Shown: one piece after another, positions 1 through 10,834 of the stretch
Position numbering within the stretch: position 1 is the stretch's first letter
How the letters are laid out: each line of letters begins with the position of its first letter
Assembly: GCA_963823665.1 (NCBI GenBank)
Contig: CAWGMQ010000007.1
Coordinates: 480,001-544,000 of the forward strand
Length of the DNA: 64,000 nt
DNA from: an uncultured Planctomycetota bacterium
Lineage (GTDB): Bacteria; Planctomycetota; Planctomycetia; Isosphaerales; Isosphaeraceae
Direction: 5' to 3'
Position numbers and translations under genes: made by a program
The notes under the pieces: model-generated
What the model saw: the letters and a program-made list of their open reading frames with translations, nothing else
Database searches by the model: none
Told to the model about the DNA's origin: nothing

Positions 1-148
1 CGGCTTCAAGCTCCGTCAGCCGGTTCATCATCCGGTCAAACTCGCGGTCGCTGATCTCGGGCGCCGCCTCGACGTAGTAAAGGTAGTTATGGTGATTCAG
101 CTCCTCGCGCAGATGGGCAACCTCTTGCTCGATTTGCTCACTTGCCAT
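1..148 (-). CDS. ligA: NAD-dependent DNA ligase, N-terminus (runs off the window edge)
   Basis: Manual translation [49 protein letters not shown] matches the LigA domain Ia motif (HxxxYYxxxxPxISDxEFD). Confidence 0.93.
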   Translation of the reverse strand, partial: MASEQIEQEVAHLREELNHHNYLYYVEAAPEISDREFDRMMNRLTELEA

Positions 149-156
149 CGCCAGCC

Positions 157-456
157 TCACCTGGGTGCCTTCGGTTTCGCGCGCGCCGAAAACCACGGAT
201 CGAACACCATCGCCAGCACGCCCGTCGCGAGCATCACGACGAACTCGCCACCCAGCAACAAGGGCGCATTACGATCGAGCCACTCGGCGACAGCAATTGA
301 TCGAGCGCTTTGTGGCGGACCACCCGGCTTCGGATCGAGGATCCACGCGCTCGAGAGATAACCCAGCACCGTGAACACGAACACCACGCTCGCCAGCAGC
401 AGTATGGCGAAAAATGGATTGGCGAAGATCTCGCGCTTCCTCCGCGGTGCAGTCAT
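157..456 (-). CDS. Small membrane protein, two TM helices
   Basis: 99-aa ORF with two hydrophobic segments, co-oriented between ndk and ligA. Confidence 0.75.
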   Translation of the reverse strand: MTAPRRKREIFANPFFAILLLASVVFVFTVLGYLSSAWILDPKPGGPPQSARSIAVAEWLDRNAPLLLGGEFVVMLATGVLAMVFDPWFSARAKPKAPR

Positions 457-517
457 GCGACGGCCATTTCTCTTCGACCCGCGTAGCTTCGGCTCACCCC
501 AGGGCGCGCCGCCAGGC

Positions 518-976
518 TCACGATTCCCCCCGAACCCACTCGCTCCCGGCCAGCTCGTATTCGACTAACTCGGCGGGCTCGAACCACATCCCGATCTCAC
601 GCTCGGCCGAAGCCGCACTGTCGCTGCCGTGTACCAGGTTGTTCTGCTTGGAAATCGCGTGATCGCCCCGGATCGTCCCCGGCGCCGCCGCGGCGCCATT
701 GGTCGCTCCCAGCATCCCGCGTACAACCGAGATCGCCTCGTTTCCCTCGAGCACCCCCACGACTACCGGCGCACTCGTGATGAATTCGATCAATCCCTCG
801 AAGAACGGCTTTCCCTGATGCTCTCCATAGTGCTTTTCCGCCAGCGCGCGTTTGACTCGAATCATCTTGAGCGCGGCGATTCGCAACCCCTTCGCCTCGA
901 ACCGCGCCAGAATCGAGCCGATCAGCCGGCGATGTACGCAATCGGGTTTGAAAATGATCAAGGTGCGTTGCATCAA
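518..976 (-). CDS. ndk: Nucleoside-diphosphate kinase
   Basis: QRTLIIFKPD, PGTIRGD and NLVHGSDS motifs. Confidence 0.97.
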   Translation of the reverse strand: MMQRTLIIFKPDCVHRRLIGSILARFEAKGLRIAALKMIRVKRALAEKHYGEHQGKPFFEGLIEFITSAPVVVGVLEGNEAISVVRGMLGATNGAAAAPGTIRGDHAISKQNNLVHGSDSAASAEREIGMWFEPAELVEYELAGSEWVRGES

Positions 977-1052
977 ACGATCAACCGTTGAACGAGAAAA
1001 GGGTAATTCTCAATGGATAGAGTCTAATATGCCCAAAGACAACCTTGCAACC

Positions 1053-1502
1053 TCAACGATCGCTGCTGCAAGCCTCCGGCTCCACGATCCGCCACTCCAG
1101 CTCCCGGAATGAATCCGGCTCGAGTTCCCACACTCGCACCTCCGGCGACATCCCGCACAACGAGATGATGATTCGCGGAACCAGCCCATAATGGTTCTCG
1201 GCTAGATCGGTCTTCGACGGCACAGCTTCCCACCGCGGATGCGAGTGGTAAATCGCCAGAATCTCGGCGTCGCGCTGCCTCAGCGCAATGTGGGCTTCGA
1301 TCAGGTCCCGACCATCAGCGTTGTAACGCGTTTCACTCGCCAGATCGTTGCGCAAACGATGAAGCGACGAAACCCGCGGTGCGATGCCTCCCAGGATCCC
1401 GCAACACTCAAGCGGCGACTCGCGCACGCAATGGGCAACCATCGCGTCATGAAGATCGCGGGGAATCTCAAGTGGCTCCGGCTTCGAGCTGTCGGACGTC
1501 AT
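1053..1502 (-). CDS. JAB/MPN (M67) metallopeptidase, Mec/CysO-cysteine peptidase-like
   Basis: PLECCGIL...IYHSHP...PSKTD JAMM motif; directly downstream of cysK; start placed at MTSDSS. Confidence 0.88.
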   Translation of the reverse strand: MTSDSSKPEPLEIPRDLHDAMVAHCVRESPLECCGILGGIAPRVSSLHRLRNDLASETRYNADGRDLIEAHIALRQRDAEILAIYHSHPRWEAVPSKTDLAENHYGLVPRIIISLCGMSPEVRVWELEPDSFRELEWRIVEPEACSSDR

Positions 1503-1521
1503 GCCTCTCTTCCGCCAATTC

Positions 1522-2511
1522 CTACTCCGGGAAGAGCGGCGTGGATAAATACCGCTCACCCAGATCCGGTAGCACGACGACCACCAGCTTGCCGGCGTTC
1601 ACAGGCTTGCTCGCCACCTGCACCGCCGCCACCATCGCCGCCCCGCACGAGATCCCGCACAGCATCCCTTCCTCACGTGCCAGCCGCCGCGACATCTCGA
1701 AGGCATCCTCGTCTCGCACTAACACCACGTCGTCGATGATCGATGTGTTCAGCACGTCCGGAATGAACCCGGCTCCAATCCCCTGAATCTTGTGCGGCCC
1801 CGGCCGTAGCGATTCCTTGCGGCGCAACTGCGTGAGTACCGGCGAATTGACCGGCTCGACAGCAATCATCTGCACCGACGGCTTCCGGCTTTTGAGCACC
1901 TCACCGCATCCCGTGATCGTGCCACCCGTGCCGACACCGCTCACCACAATGTCGACCTTCCCGTCCGTGTCGCGCCAGATCTCCTCGGCCGTCGTCCGCC
2001 GATGAACCTCGGGATTGGCCAGGTTCTTGAACTGTTGCGGCATGAACGCGTTCAGCGTGCTCTTCACCAGCTCCTCCGCCTTGCGCACCGCTCCGGGCAT
2101 CCCCTCGTTCGCCGGAGTGAGCACAATCTCCGCCCCGAATGCCTTGAGCAGCCGCCGGCGCTCAAGACTCATGCTCTCGGGCATCGTCACGACCAGTCGA
2201 TAACCCCGGGCTGCACAGGTGAACGCCAGCCCGATCCCCGTGTTGCCGCTCGTCGGCTCGATGATCACCGCGTTCTCGCCCAGCCGGCCCTCTGCCTCCG
2301 CGGCATCAATCATCGCCACGCCGATCCGGTCCTTCACCGACCAGAGCGGATTGAAACTCTCCAGCTTCGCCACGACCGTCGCATGGCACCCGCTAGTCAC
2401 TCGCCTCACACGCACAAGCGGCGTATTCCCAACCGTCTGCGTGATGTCGTCATAAATCCGCCCACGCCCCACGCTCGCTTCGGCTGTCGACACGGTTCGC
2501 TCCCCCCACAA
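1522..2511 (-). CDS. cysK: Cysteine synthase A
   Basis: GNTPLV, SVKDRIG (PLP lysine), [13 protein letters not shown] and [10 protein letters not shown] motifs. Confidence 0.96.
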   Translation of the reverse strand: MWGERTVSTAEASVGRGRIYDDITQTVGNTPLVRVRRVTSGCHATVVAKLESFNPLWSVKDRIGVAMIDAAEAEGRLGENAVIIEPTSGNTGIGLAFTCAARGYRLVVTMPESMSLERRRLLKAFGAEIVLTPANEGMPGAVRKAEELVKSTLNAFMPQQFKNLANPEVHRRTTAEEIWRDTDGKVDIVVSGVGTGGTITGCGEVLKSRKPSVQMIAVEPVNSPVLTQLRRKESLRPGPHKIQGIGAGFIPDVLNTSIIDDVVLVRDEDAFEMSRRLAREEGMLCGISCGAAMVAAVQVASKPVNAGKLVVVVLPDLGERYLSTPLFPE

Positions 2512-3962
2512 GAAACAATCATCCTGATCCCGATGGCTCCGTCCCCGATCCGCCGCTCATCAAACCCTTTCAGACATTTCCCGATCATGATAGTCGAGAA
2601 GAATTCGACCGACAACCCGGCAATCCGCGACCCCCGTGTGGCGTCAGAAACGACGGCGTCTCCCGGCGCCTTTCCCGGCCCCGGAACACTTGCGCTCACC
2701 TTCGTGTCCCAATCGAGGGAACAGCTCCCGCAGACCCCCAAAACATGGTCATCAGCGTCATCTCCTTTCCACAACAGGAGTTACGAATGACGATGTTTTC
2801 GAAGCCGAAAAACCCTCGAAGCAACTCTCGAGCCCATCGACACTTACGAATGACGATACTTTTTGCCCGCTGCGCCCAACTCGTCCCGATGCTCCGCGTT
2901 GGAACGTCCCCGTGCCGCTCCGCGGCGCGCTCGACGATGGCATCCGCGCTTCGTCCGCCGCCCTCCGTCCTCATTCCGGCCCCGAATCGCCCCGCGCGGC
3001 CCGCGACGCGCTCCACCCCCCGAATCCGAGCCGTCTGCCCTCCGCAAGTGCACATGTGAAAACGGCTTCGGTCGATCCATCAGCTCCTGTCCCCCTGGAT
3101 CAAAATGATATCTTTTGATAGCAAAACAAAGTTCTCTCCCGATCCCCCACTCGCCGTTCTCAGCCTGGCGGCACACCGCCCGGCGGCGCCCCTCGTGGAG
3201 AGGTGAATGACGCAATCGAGTCCTGACGTCAAGGGATCCAATGACGGTAATCGGGAATGACAACTGTTCGGCGGGTCTCTGGCACCCGGAGGGTCGCCGC
3301 CGCCATCGCGACCGGAGGTCGCCAACTACTTTTCCTCCCGCCTACGATGTTCAACCGTCTACCCCGATGGACCAGTTCGTTTTGTACATTCGTCGCGCGT
3401 CCTTACGCCACAAGGACTACGGGAACGCAGTCGGTCGGTCGAGTTGAATCTCACCGCTGTTCTCAGGATGAGTGGAGATCGACGAGGAGGGAGGAAAGGA
3501 AAGGGGAGCCGCCCATCGCGCCAGCATCGCGCGGTCGCAGACTCCGCCCTATGGATAATATGCGACCGGTTTCAGCGATCGGCAATAAAAGCGTCCAAAA
3601 AAACTGCAATCACTGAATCGATGCGGCTGCAACGTCAGGAGCTGCGGTTTTGCGCGATTTCTTTGTTAATTGTGAACACGCGGTCGAATCAAAACGATCA
3701 CGCGGTCGTCCGACCGGCAATCGAGGGCCGTGCTGAAAGACAAGAAGCTCACCCCAGAGAACGCGAGAAAGTTTCCGAGTTCCAGCGATCAGATCGATTA
3801 ACGAACAGAATTCATGCTGTCTGCGCGCGCCGGCGCTCAGTATTCGTCTTCCACCGCAGCGTGGTGCCGCCTTCGGCGGCGGCGAGGCATCGCGCAGACG
3901 CGACGTACCGCCTCCAGCGCGCCCTCCGCCCTCCGCCCTGTACCGAGATCCTCCGCCCTTCC

Positions 3963-5075
3963 CTAACGCAACGCCACCGGCCGCAACGCAAACCCCGCAG
4001 CCGCCCCTTTGATTTTATTAACCGCAGCCACGTAACAAAACGTGTACGCCTTCGCCTGGCTCAAACCTTCCAGGTAATGAAACTCCCCAATATGGACCCC
4101 CTGATCAACCAGCAGGTATCGATGCACCGGGATCCCCGTCCCGGGCGAATCAGGCGCCGGGTTCACCTCCAATCCCGACGTGTCCGAGCCGACCATGATC
4201 GCACCTTGGTCCTCCACCAGCCATTTCGTGCCCGCTAGGTCAACTCCGGCCGAATCGTGCTCGCCGATCTTGGCGTGTTCCGCACCATCTTCACCCCAGA
4301 ATCGCCCGGTCCCCGTCCGCACGAGTACCACGTCGCCGGGGGAAAGCGTCACGCCTTCCCACGCCAGTGTGTCCTGCAGGTCTTTCCTGGTAATTCGAGT
4401 GTGACCCGGCAGAGCGTCGAGTTTCTTGAACGCGGCCACGTCAATCAGCACACCACGGGCAATAATCGGCGGGATCGTCGCCGCATCGCACTTGCGCGGG
4501 CCCCAATCCCCGCCCCATTCCCCTTCTTTGAAGCCGTTGTACCAGTGATAATCCGGCCCCGCCGTGATGTGCGCCAGCCCGTCGATCTGCGTCGCCACGT
4601 TATCCGAGATGAACATCGCCGCCGAATGCCAGAAAACCAGGTCCGGATTGCTTTCTAGCGGGGGTGCATCCGCGTCTTTCATCCTGTGCACTCCGTCCGG
4701 GCTCCGGAACGAGATTATTTCACCCGGGCTATGACCGGGCCACTTGTAACTCCGCCGGCTGTAAGTCATACCCAGGTCAAAGACTTGCCCGGTCTTGGCA
4801 ATGGAAAGCGCCGCCGCCCGCGATTGATCCGACAGCGCATTGAGCGCACCGACCTCGTCATCCTTCCCCCAGATCCATCCCCATCCTTTGCCTTTGGTGA
4901 ATCCCTTGATCGAGCTCGGCTCGGCAGCTTGCTGCTCTACCAGCGACCGCTCCGACTCACGCCCGAGCACTGCCCCCGCTTCATGGCGAGCACCCCAGCC
5001 CGCCACAATTGTCCCCCCCGCGATCGCCCCCACGCCGACGAGCACAAGGCTCCGCATGCTTCGACCAATATTCAT
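3963..5075 (-). CDS. Cyclase family (kynurenine formamidase-like) protein with signal peptide
   Basis: WGKDDEVGALN, TQIDGLAH, RGVLID and GDVVLVRTG motifs. Confidence 0.88.
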   Translation of the reverse strand: MNIGRSMRSLVLVGVGAIAGGTIVAGWGARHEAGAVLGRESERSLVEQQAAEPSSIKGFTKGKGWGWIWGKDDEVGALNALSDQSRAAALSIAKTGQVFDLGMTYSRRSYKWPGHSPGEIISFRSPDGVHRMKDADAPPLESNPDLVFWHSAAMFISDNVATQIDGLAHITAGPDYHWYNGFKEGEWGGDWGPRKCDAATIPPIIARGVLIDVAAFKKLDALPGHTRITRKDLQDTLAWEGVTLSPGDVVLVRTGTGRFWGEDGAEHAKIGEHDSAGVDLAGTKWLVEDQGAIMVGSDTSGLEVNPAPDSPGTGIPVHRYLLVDQGVHIGEFHYLEGLSQAKAYTFCYVAAVNKIKGAAAGFALRPVALR

Positions 5076-5445
5076 CGTGCCGCTCCCCTTTCATTGAATT
5101 CCACGGCTGCTGCTCGCGACTCAATCAGGCCCACTTTTAATCAGCCCACCCACTTGCGAACGGCATTCTAGGCGGCGCCGCCGTCACCTGCAATTAGTCC
5201 ACTTCCCCCGCAGCCCCGGTCCGTGACCCTTCCTGATCGTCCAGCCGCAGACTCAACTTGCTTGTCGCGCCCCATTGTCTGATCGTACAATAGATCTTTT
5301 GTGCCGCTCCCTGTCCGACTCAATTCGGAGAGGCTGGGGCACTTGCGACGATTTCCGGTCGGTATCCTCCGGATTCGACCCTCGTCCGGGTCTGATGCAT
5401 GACCGGTGTCGCGGGCGCGGCAGATCCGCAACAGGAGCGAAGGCG

Positions 5446-6381
5446 ATGTCACACGATCCTTCCGGATCCACCGGGACTGCCCCGGACGCAGACTCAAGTT
5501 CGACCGCCCGCTCCACCACGCGCACGTTTCCGATGCAGCACGGCCACCGCCCTGCTGCATCTGCGGAGATCCCCGCCACGCTCGTCCCGGAACAGGGTTG
5601 GCACTGTTTGCACGTCTTCTACCAGGTGGATCGCGCGCGTCTCGCTTCGATTTCGACGGAACACCGTCGGCAGGGCCGCATCGACCTCCTCCAAGCCCTC
5701 CAGCCGAAGTCGCCAACCGCTCCCAATCAGCTTCAATGCTTCGCCGTTCCCGGACACAAGGCCGATTTCGGCGTCGTGATGGCCGGCCCCGACCTCCGCG
5801 CCCTTCACGGCATTCAAATGGCGATCCAGGCCTCGGCCCTGGGACCTGCCCTTATTCCCACATATTCATTCTATTCATTGAGCGAGGTCTCCGAATACGT
5901 CCCCAATGAGGATCAGTATGCCAAGATCCTCACCGACCGCGAACACCTCGACCCCGCCAGCCCGATGTTCAAGGCCAAGGTTTTGGCATACAGCGAACGG
6001 CTCGGCCCGATGAATCGCCAGCGCCTTTATCCCGAATTCCCGTCGTGGCCCTGTCTCTGTTTCTACCCGATGAGCAAGATGCGGACCGAGGGGCAGAACT
6101 GGTACGTGCTCCCATTCGACGATCGCGCCGATTTGATGTCGCAGCACGGCCGCAGCGGCATGAAGTTCGCCGGCCGCGTATCCCAGCTCATTACCGCTTC
6201 GACCGGCCTGGACAACTGGGAATGGGGTGTGACCCTTTGGGCCCGCAATCCGGCTTATTTGAAGGAAATCGTCTATACGATGCGCTTCGACGAAAGCTCG
6301 GCGAAGTACGCGCTCTTCGGTGACTTCTACTTCGGATACATTCTCCCGCCTGACGAATTGCTCGAAACAATCCGTTTGTGA
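5446..6381 (+). CDS. Chlorite dismutase family / coproheme decarboxylase (ChdC/HemQ)
   Basis: GHKADF, FYPMSK, NWY, GLDNWEWGV and MRFDESSAKY motifs; AGGAG upstream of ATG 5446. Confidence 0.88.
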   Translation: MSHDPSGSTGTAPDADSSSTARSTTRTFPMQHGHRPAASAEIPATLVPEQGWHCLHVFYQVDRARLASISTEHRRQGRIDLLQALQPKSPTAPNQLQCFAVPGHKADFGVVMAGPDLRALHGIQMAIQASALGPALIPTYSFYSLSEVSEYVPNEDQYAKILTDREHLDPASPMFKAKVLAYSERLGPMNRQRLYPEFPSWPCLCFYPMSKMRTEGQNWYVLPFDDRADLMSQHGRSGMKFAGRVSQLITASTGLDNWEWGVTLWARNPAYLKEIVYTMRFDESSAKYALFGDFYFGYILPPDELLETIRL

Positions 6382-6479
6382 AACTTCAAGCACGACCCAG
6401 AATCGTTCCCGCCGTGCAGCCGTGACCCTTCGGGTACCACGTGGTGTTGTTGGTCTTTCTTACGAGGTGAATCAGTCAG

Positions 6480-7040
6480 ATGATGACCAAACCATCGAAA
6501 ACGAAAACGAAAACGACTACGAACACGACTACGAACACGAAGACGAAGCGGACCTCGAAACGGTCTTCCTGGCAGGAGAAGCTCGACCAGGATAAGGATT
6601 TACCGAAGGTGGTGCCGATCGGCCCGACCATGAGCAAGCAGTGGGGTGAGGGAACAGTCGTGGTCCCTGCACCGCGAGAAGTCGACGGCATCATGAAGGC
6701 GGTGCCTGAAGGCAAGCTGATCACCATTCAGGAAATCCGCGCGGTCCTGGCCAAACGCCACGGCGCGACAATCGGCTGTCCCTTGACCACCGGCATCTTC
6801 GCCTGGATCGCCGCCCATGCCGCTCAGGAGGAGCTCGATTCCAACAGCGACGATGACGTGACCCCCTACTGGCGCACGCTCAAGGCCGGCGGCTTCTTGA
6901 ACGAGAAGTATCCCGGCGGCATCGATGCGCACAAAGAAAAGCTTGAGGCCGAGGGTCATGAAGTGGTCGCACGCGGCAAGCGCTTCGCCGTGGCCGATTA
7001 CGAGCGCGCGATCGCCATCCCGAAAACCGGTCGTCGATGA
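6480..7040 (+). CDS. MGMT-family DNA-binding (alkyltransferase-like) protein
   Basis: VPEGKLITI, CPLTTGIF, PYWRTLK and LEAEGH motifs. Confidence 0.8.
   Translation: MMTKPSKTKTKTTTNTTTNTKTKRTSKRSSWQEKLDQDKDLPKVVPIGPTMSKQWGEGTVVVPAPREVDGIMKAVPEGKLITIQEIRAVLAKRHGATIGCPLTTGIFAWIAAHAAQEELDSNSDDDVTPYWRTLKAGGFLNEKYPGGIDAHKEKLEAEGHEVVARGKRFAVADYERAIAIPKTGRR
6497..6549 (+). repeat. Hexamer tandem repeat (ACGAnn)n in the 5' part of the MGMT-like gene
   Basis: gaaaacgaaaacgaaaacgactacgaacacgactacgaacacgaagacgaag, encoding KTKTKTTTNTTTNTKTK. Confidence 0.7.
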
Positions 7041-7657
7041 GCGCCGCGAGCAGCTCGCAGGACCAGGCTTCCTCCGCCCGGTTCGACTTGGTCCTTGCGA
7101 GCACGTCGTCGTACAGGCGGGTATTGCTGGAACGATTGGGTCTGTCCTTCCGATCAAAAGCGCCGATCTGTGACGAAAGATCGCTCGCGGCCGAGGAATC
7201 AGACCCGATCCGCCTTGCCGGGAAACTCGCCCACGCCAAGGCCGCCAGCCTGGCGCCCGAGGAACCCGGCGCAACGCTCATCGGCTGCGACCAGGTTCTG
7301 TCGTGCAACGGCCAGGTCTTCGGCAAGCCGGGAACACTCGAGCGCGCAGTGGACCAGCTCGTGTCTCTCTCCGGCAAAGAACACGCGTTGATCACGGCCT
7401 TGGTCGTGCTGAGCGGGACCAAGACATTCCGTCACACGGATGTGACAAAGCTCCGGATGCGCCCGCTCTCTCGCGCCGCGATCGAGCGCTACGTGCTCGC
7501 CGACCAACCGCTCGACTGCGCCGGCAGCTACAAGATCGAGTCCCGCGGCATCACTCTGTTTGAGCGGATCGAATCCAACGATCAAACCGCAATCACAGGC
7601 CTTCCCCTGATCGCGCTGACATCCATCCTGACCGAGCTAGGATTTCAACTCCCCTAG
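7037..7657 (+). CDS. maf: Maf family nucleoside triphosphate pyrophosphatase
   Basis: LVLASTSSYRRVLL, IGCDQV, GKP, DCAGSYKIE and ITGLPL motifs. Confidence 0.93.
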   Translation: MSAASSSQDQASSARFDLVLASTSSYRRVLLERLGLSFRSKAPICDERSLAAEESDPIRLAGKLAHAKAASLAPEEPGATLIGCDQVLSCNGQVFGKPGTLERAVDQLVSLSGKEHALITALVVLSGTKTFRHTDVTKLRMRPLSRAAIERYVLADQPLDCAGSYKIESRGITLFERIESNDQTAITGLPLIALTSILTELGFQLP

Positions 7658-7663
7658 CCCAAA

Positions 7664-7925
7664 GTTGGGCGCAGGTCTCCCGACCGCGCCCCAGAGTCGC
7701 CTTTCGCTCCGCGAAAGTGCGTCCTCGTTGGGCGCGGGTCTCCCGACCCCGCCCCCCGTTTGACCGTAGGTCTCCAACCTTCCGGACCGCCATCGCCCAA
7801 GCCCGATGTTGGGCGCGGGTCTCCCGACCCCGCCCCCGCGTCCGACCGTAGGTCTCCGAGCGTCCGGACCGTCAGTTCAACGCCCGACCATAGGCCGCCA
7901 AACGTCCAGACCGCCGATCGACAGC
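7664..7925. repeat. Cluster of planctomycete-type REP-like palindromic repeats
   Basis: Three copies of GTTGGGCGC(G/A)GGTCTCCCGACC(C/G)CGCCCC, plus GACCGTAGGTCTCC and a CCTTTCGCTCCGCGAAAG hairpin. Confidence 0.8.
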
Positions 7926-7972
7926 CGCCCTCGCGCTCGCAGAGCCCAACAACAACGCGCGCGTTCACAGGC

Positions 7973-8001
7973 TTGACAAAGTCGTCCCAGCGGAGTGGAA
8001 T
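7973..8001 (+). promoter_or_regulatory. Putative sigma70 promoter of the tRNA
   Basis: TTGACA (7973-7978), 17-bp spacer, TGGAAT (7996-8001), 12 bp before the tRNA. Confidence 0.6.
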
Positions 8002-8013
8002 CAAGTACAGCAC

Positions 8014-8087
8014 GTGCCCGTAGCTCAATTGGATAGAGCGTTAGCCTCCGGAGCTAAAGGTTACAGGTTCAACTCCTGTCGGGCATA
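8014..8087 (+). tRNA. tRNA-Arg(CCG)
   Basis: Cloverleaf: GTGCCCG/CGGGCAT acceptor, GCTC/GAGC D-stem, TTAGC-CTCCGGA-GCTAA anticodon arm, ACAGG-TTCAACT-CCTGT T-arm. Confidence 0.97.
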
Positions 8088-8130
8088 TTGGAAGCAACGC
8101 CTCCCCGCCTATCGTAAGGCGATAGACGCC

Positions 8131-8825
8131 ATGACATTGCAATTGTTTGAAACTGCAAGATGCGAACTGCCTTGTTACGCGCTGCGGTTGAACGCGTCGC
8201 ATGGACCTGTCAATCGCATCAAGCGATTCAAGACGAAGCGCAACCGATTTCTTCTGAGATTCGGTCCGAGGCGGCGGGTTCGCCTTCGGAAAGAAACCGA
8301 GAAGCTGCGATTAAAGTATGAATCGCTCATCATCGAAGGTAACCTGATTTTCGAAAGCCTGCGCCTCGCAGAGTTGCTATGGCGCAAATCGGTTCTGCAT
8401 GGCGAGTGCGTCTTTGATATCCGGCACGAGCGCGAATTCACGGACTATTACGGGCAATGGGTGCACCCGCGCATGGGGCACTAGAGACGATCGCGAAGTT
8501 CGAGGCATGCGGTCAATTTATCCGGGGATCAAAAGAGTTTCGCGAGCACTACCAAGAGGTGTCCAAGATTCTCGCTGGCGATGATCCGTTTTTCGCCGAT
8601 GCGGTCACTGCATCGAGATGGCAGCGAGCGACAGAGTTCATGCGGCCGAGCCCACAACCAGTGGAAGTTGATAGTTCGGGACGCATCTTTGATGAAACCG
8701 GCAAACAGATTGTGATGCCTGGCCTCGAGCCTGCGAAGATTCTTGGCGCATTGGAAGACGAGCGCCTCGGAAGGATGTACTCGCTCGACGAAGTTGTCGC
8801 TTCACTTGAGCAACATGAGCTATGA
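8131..8825 (+). CDS. Hypothetical protein, probable antitoxin-like partner (two overlapping ORFs, apparent frameshift near 8470)
   Basis: ORFs 8131-8484 and 8457-8825 overlap; C-terminus GRMYSLDEVVASL resembles addiction-module antitoxin tails; overlaps the next gene. Confidence 0.45.
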
Positions 8826-9114
8826 ACTGAGGTTCTCAGGCACATTCGAGGAAGATCTGCGCCGCCTACCGGTGTGGCTTCGGCGACCGGTTCTCGATCA
8901 TGCACGACAACTTGCCGAACAGCCCGCGGCGATGAGTAAGCGGGTGGTATCCCCTCCGTACCCGCCGGGCGGCATGATGAGCACGTTCAGCATACCCAGC
9001 GGCGATATACTCCATCATGTCGTGCTTTTCTTTAAGTATACGACAGACGAGCGGGCCATTAGCGTCTATGCGATCGGGCATACGGCACTCCTTAACGATC
9101 ATGGCCGTGGATGA
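8815..9114 (+). CDS. RelE/ParE-like toxin candidate
   Basis: 99 aa; MSYELRFSGTFEEDLRRLP N-terminus and ISVYAIGH C-terminus fit the RelE fold pattern. Confidence 0.6.
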   Translation: MSYELRFSGTFEEDLRRLPVWLRRPVLDHARQLAEQPAAMSKRVVSPPYPPGGMMSTFSIPSGDILHHVVLFFKYTTDERAISVYAIGHTALLNDHGRG

Positions 9115-9177
9115 GCCAGGCGTTGGAGCGGAAAGAGCAGGCCGTATGACGGTATCATCTCCCCAAGGGCAGTTTAC

Positions 9178-9699
9178 ATGTTTCGACTTTCGATCGCCGG
9201 GATACTTTGGCTGATCGTCCTGGCCGCGCTGAACTTCGCGGCACTCCGCTATTTCGGGCACCTCGCCGACGCAAGTGGAGAGCCCATCGTCCTGTTAGTG
9301 GGCTTGATGCCGCTATTTGATGCTTTTCTCATAAGTTTCTATGCGGCCGCAACCAAACACTACAGTTTTTCGCTCGTGCGCCGGGCCGGTCGCGTTGGCT
9401 TCGCGAAACCCCTTGCCGTGACAACTGGTGTGATGTTGGCTCTGTGTATTTTCCTGTGCTTCGCGGCTCCTAAGGCGATTCTTACACTGATCGTTGATTC
9501 GTTTGATTTCCGTAAATGGTTGGGCATTTTCAGACAGCCGCTGACTTCTAACGAACCCCTGGTGGGAGCAATGCTTTGCGTCCTGATGTCTGGACCTCTG
9601 CTCGTGATTGCAACCGTGTTTTCCGTCATCATGAGCAGATACAGGCTGGTCATAACACGGCGATCGCTGGATACCCCGGCTGGCGACAACCGGCCATAG
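9178..9699 (+). CDS. Membrane protein with planctomycete FR(L/F)SI-type N-terminus
   Basis: 173 aa with four hydrophobic segments. Confidence 0.7.
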   Translation: MFRLSIAGILWLIVLAALNFAALRYFGHLADASGEPIVLLVGLMPLFDAFLISFYAAATKHYSFSLVRRAGRVGFAKPLAVTTGVMLALCIFLCFAAPKAILTLIVDSFDFRKWLGIFRQPLTSNEPLVGAMLCVLMSGPLLVIATVFSVIMSRYRLVITRRSLDTPAGDNRP

Positions 9700-9861
9700 T
9701 CCGGCATCGCCGAGGATCGCCGCTACGACGCCGTCGTCGTCGGCTTGGCGGATCGATCGACCCGACGACGACGATGCCCAGGCCGGCGCCCAGCGACTCG
9801 AAATCTCGCCCCGTTTTGAATTTTCCGAGCGGTTCCCGCGTCTAACGCTACGGAGGTCGAT

Positions 9862-10677
9862 ATGATTCGTCGACGAGAAAAGATCGCCGGAGCAATCGGG
9901 GTATTCATCGTGATCGCCGCCGCCGTCGGAATCTGGGAATTCCGGCGCCGGTCCTGGGCTCAGTCTCCGTTGCCAGCCGAGGCCGCCGCGACCGGGAACG
10001 GCCCCGTCATCGTCCTCTCTGACGAGGCTCGGCTGGCGATAGTCGCCGAGAAGAGAAAACATGACGCAATGCTCGCCGAGGCTCGGCTGGCGAGGGTCGC
10101 CGAGAACGATAAAGTGCGGGTCGCCCAGAAGAAAAAATATGACGCAATGCTCGCCGACTCCGCTCGTAAGTATCCTCTGCCGGAGAACTGGCCGCGGAAC
10201 GTGAGGAGGTGGAAATCCGTGATGGAGCCCAACGGCGACATGTATCTCGTCCCAGCCGATCCCGACCCGCCGCCCGATCGATTCTTCGTTTCGATCGCGA
10301 TTCCGAAGCGCGATACAGGGCCGTTCGAGCTTGCCGAGCCGTCCGAGCTGGCCAAGGCCGCCGCCGCCGTGCTGCGCGAAAATGAGCCGATCAACCCCGG
10401 TCGGATGCGATCGTTCGGCGAGGGCTTCGATCGATACGCGGGCGTCGAGTTTTTAGGATGGAGTCTAACCATCGTGTCAGTCGAGCCGATCGGTGAACAT
10501 GGCTGGCGAGCCGAGGTGAAAGTTTGCCCGCAACGGGCTTTCGCGCCTACGATGATGGTAATGGGGAATCTCCATCTCGAAGTCTATTCCTACGTCGACG
10601 GCAAGCTGACGCTCGAGAGCCAGCGGCCGGGGCCGAACAACGAGTCTCCCGTGCCTTCGCGGGCAGGGCGACCTTGA
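9862..10677 (+). CDS. Hypothetical membrane-anchored protein
   Basis: 271 aa, GGAGG RBS, N-terminal TM helix, short internal repeat (EARLAxVAE..KK(H/Y)DAMLA). Confidence 0.7.
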   Translation: MIRRREKIAGAIGVFIVIAAAVGIWEFRRRSWAQSPLPAEAAATGNGPVIVLSDEARLAIVAEKRKHDAMLAEARLARVAENDKVRVAQKKKYDAMLADSARKYPLPENWPRNVRRWKSVMEPNGDMYLVPADPDPPPDRFFVSIAIPKRDTGPFELAEPSELAKAAAAVLRENEPINPGRMRSFGEGFDRYAGVEFLGWSLTIVSVEPIGEHGWRAEVKVCPQRAFAPTMMVMGNLHLEVYSYVDGKLTLESQRPGPNNESPVPSRAGRP

Positions 10678-10834
10678 GCCGCCCATGCGTGCCAGTCAAG
10701 CGTTCAGTAGCGGTGGAGAACGGTCTTTGGGGGCGGGCCGAATCGCGCGACCGAACGACAACTTGTAGACGCTCTCACGACATGAGAGAATGCAAGTCAG
10801 ATCGGGGGGACTGCAACGCACTCGGAACTCCGCT

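Noticed and set aside
2520..3960. SAM riboswitch or protein genes upstream of cysK
   Set aside because: I could not find SAM-I consensus elements, and the ORFs here lack recognisable motifs. An Rfam scan would settle it.
7664..7925. CRISPR array
   Set aside because: The repeats are irregularly spaced REP-like palindromes that recur elsewhere (39061), and no cas genes are present.
8014..8130. 5' part of ORF 8014-8484
   Set aside because: It overlaps the tRNA; the GTG is the tRNA's first bases, not a real start.
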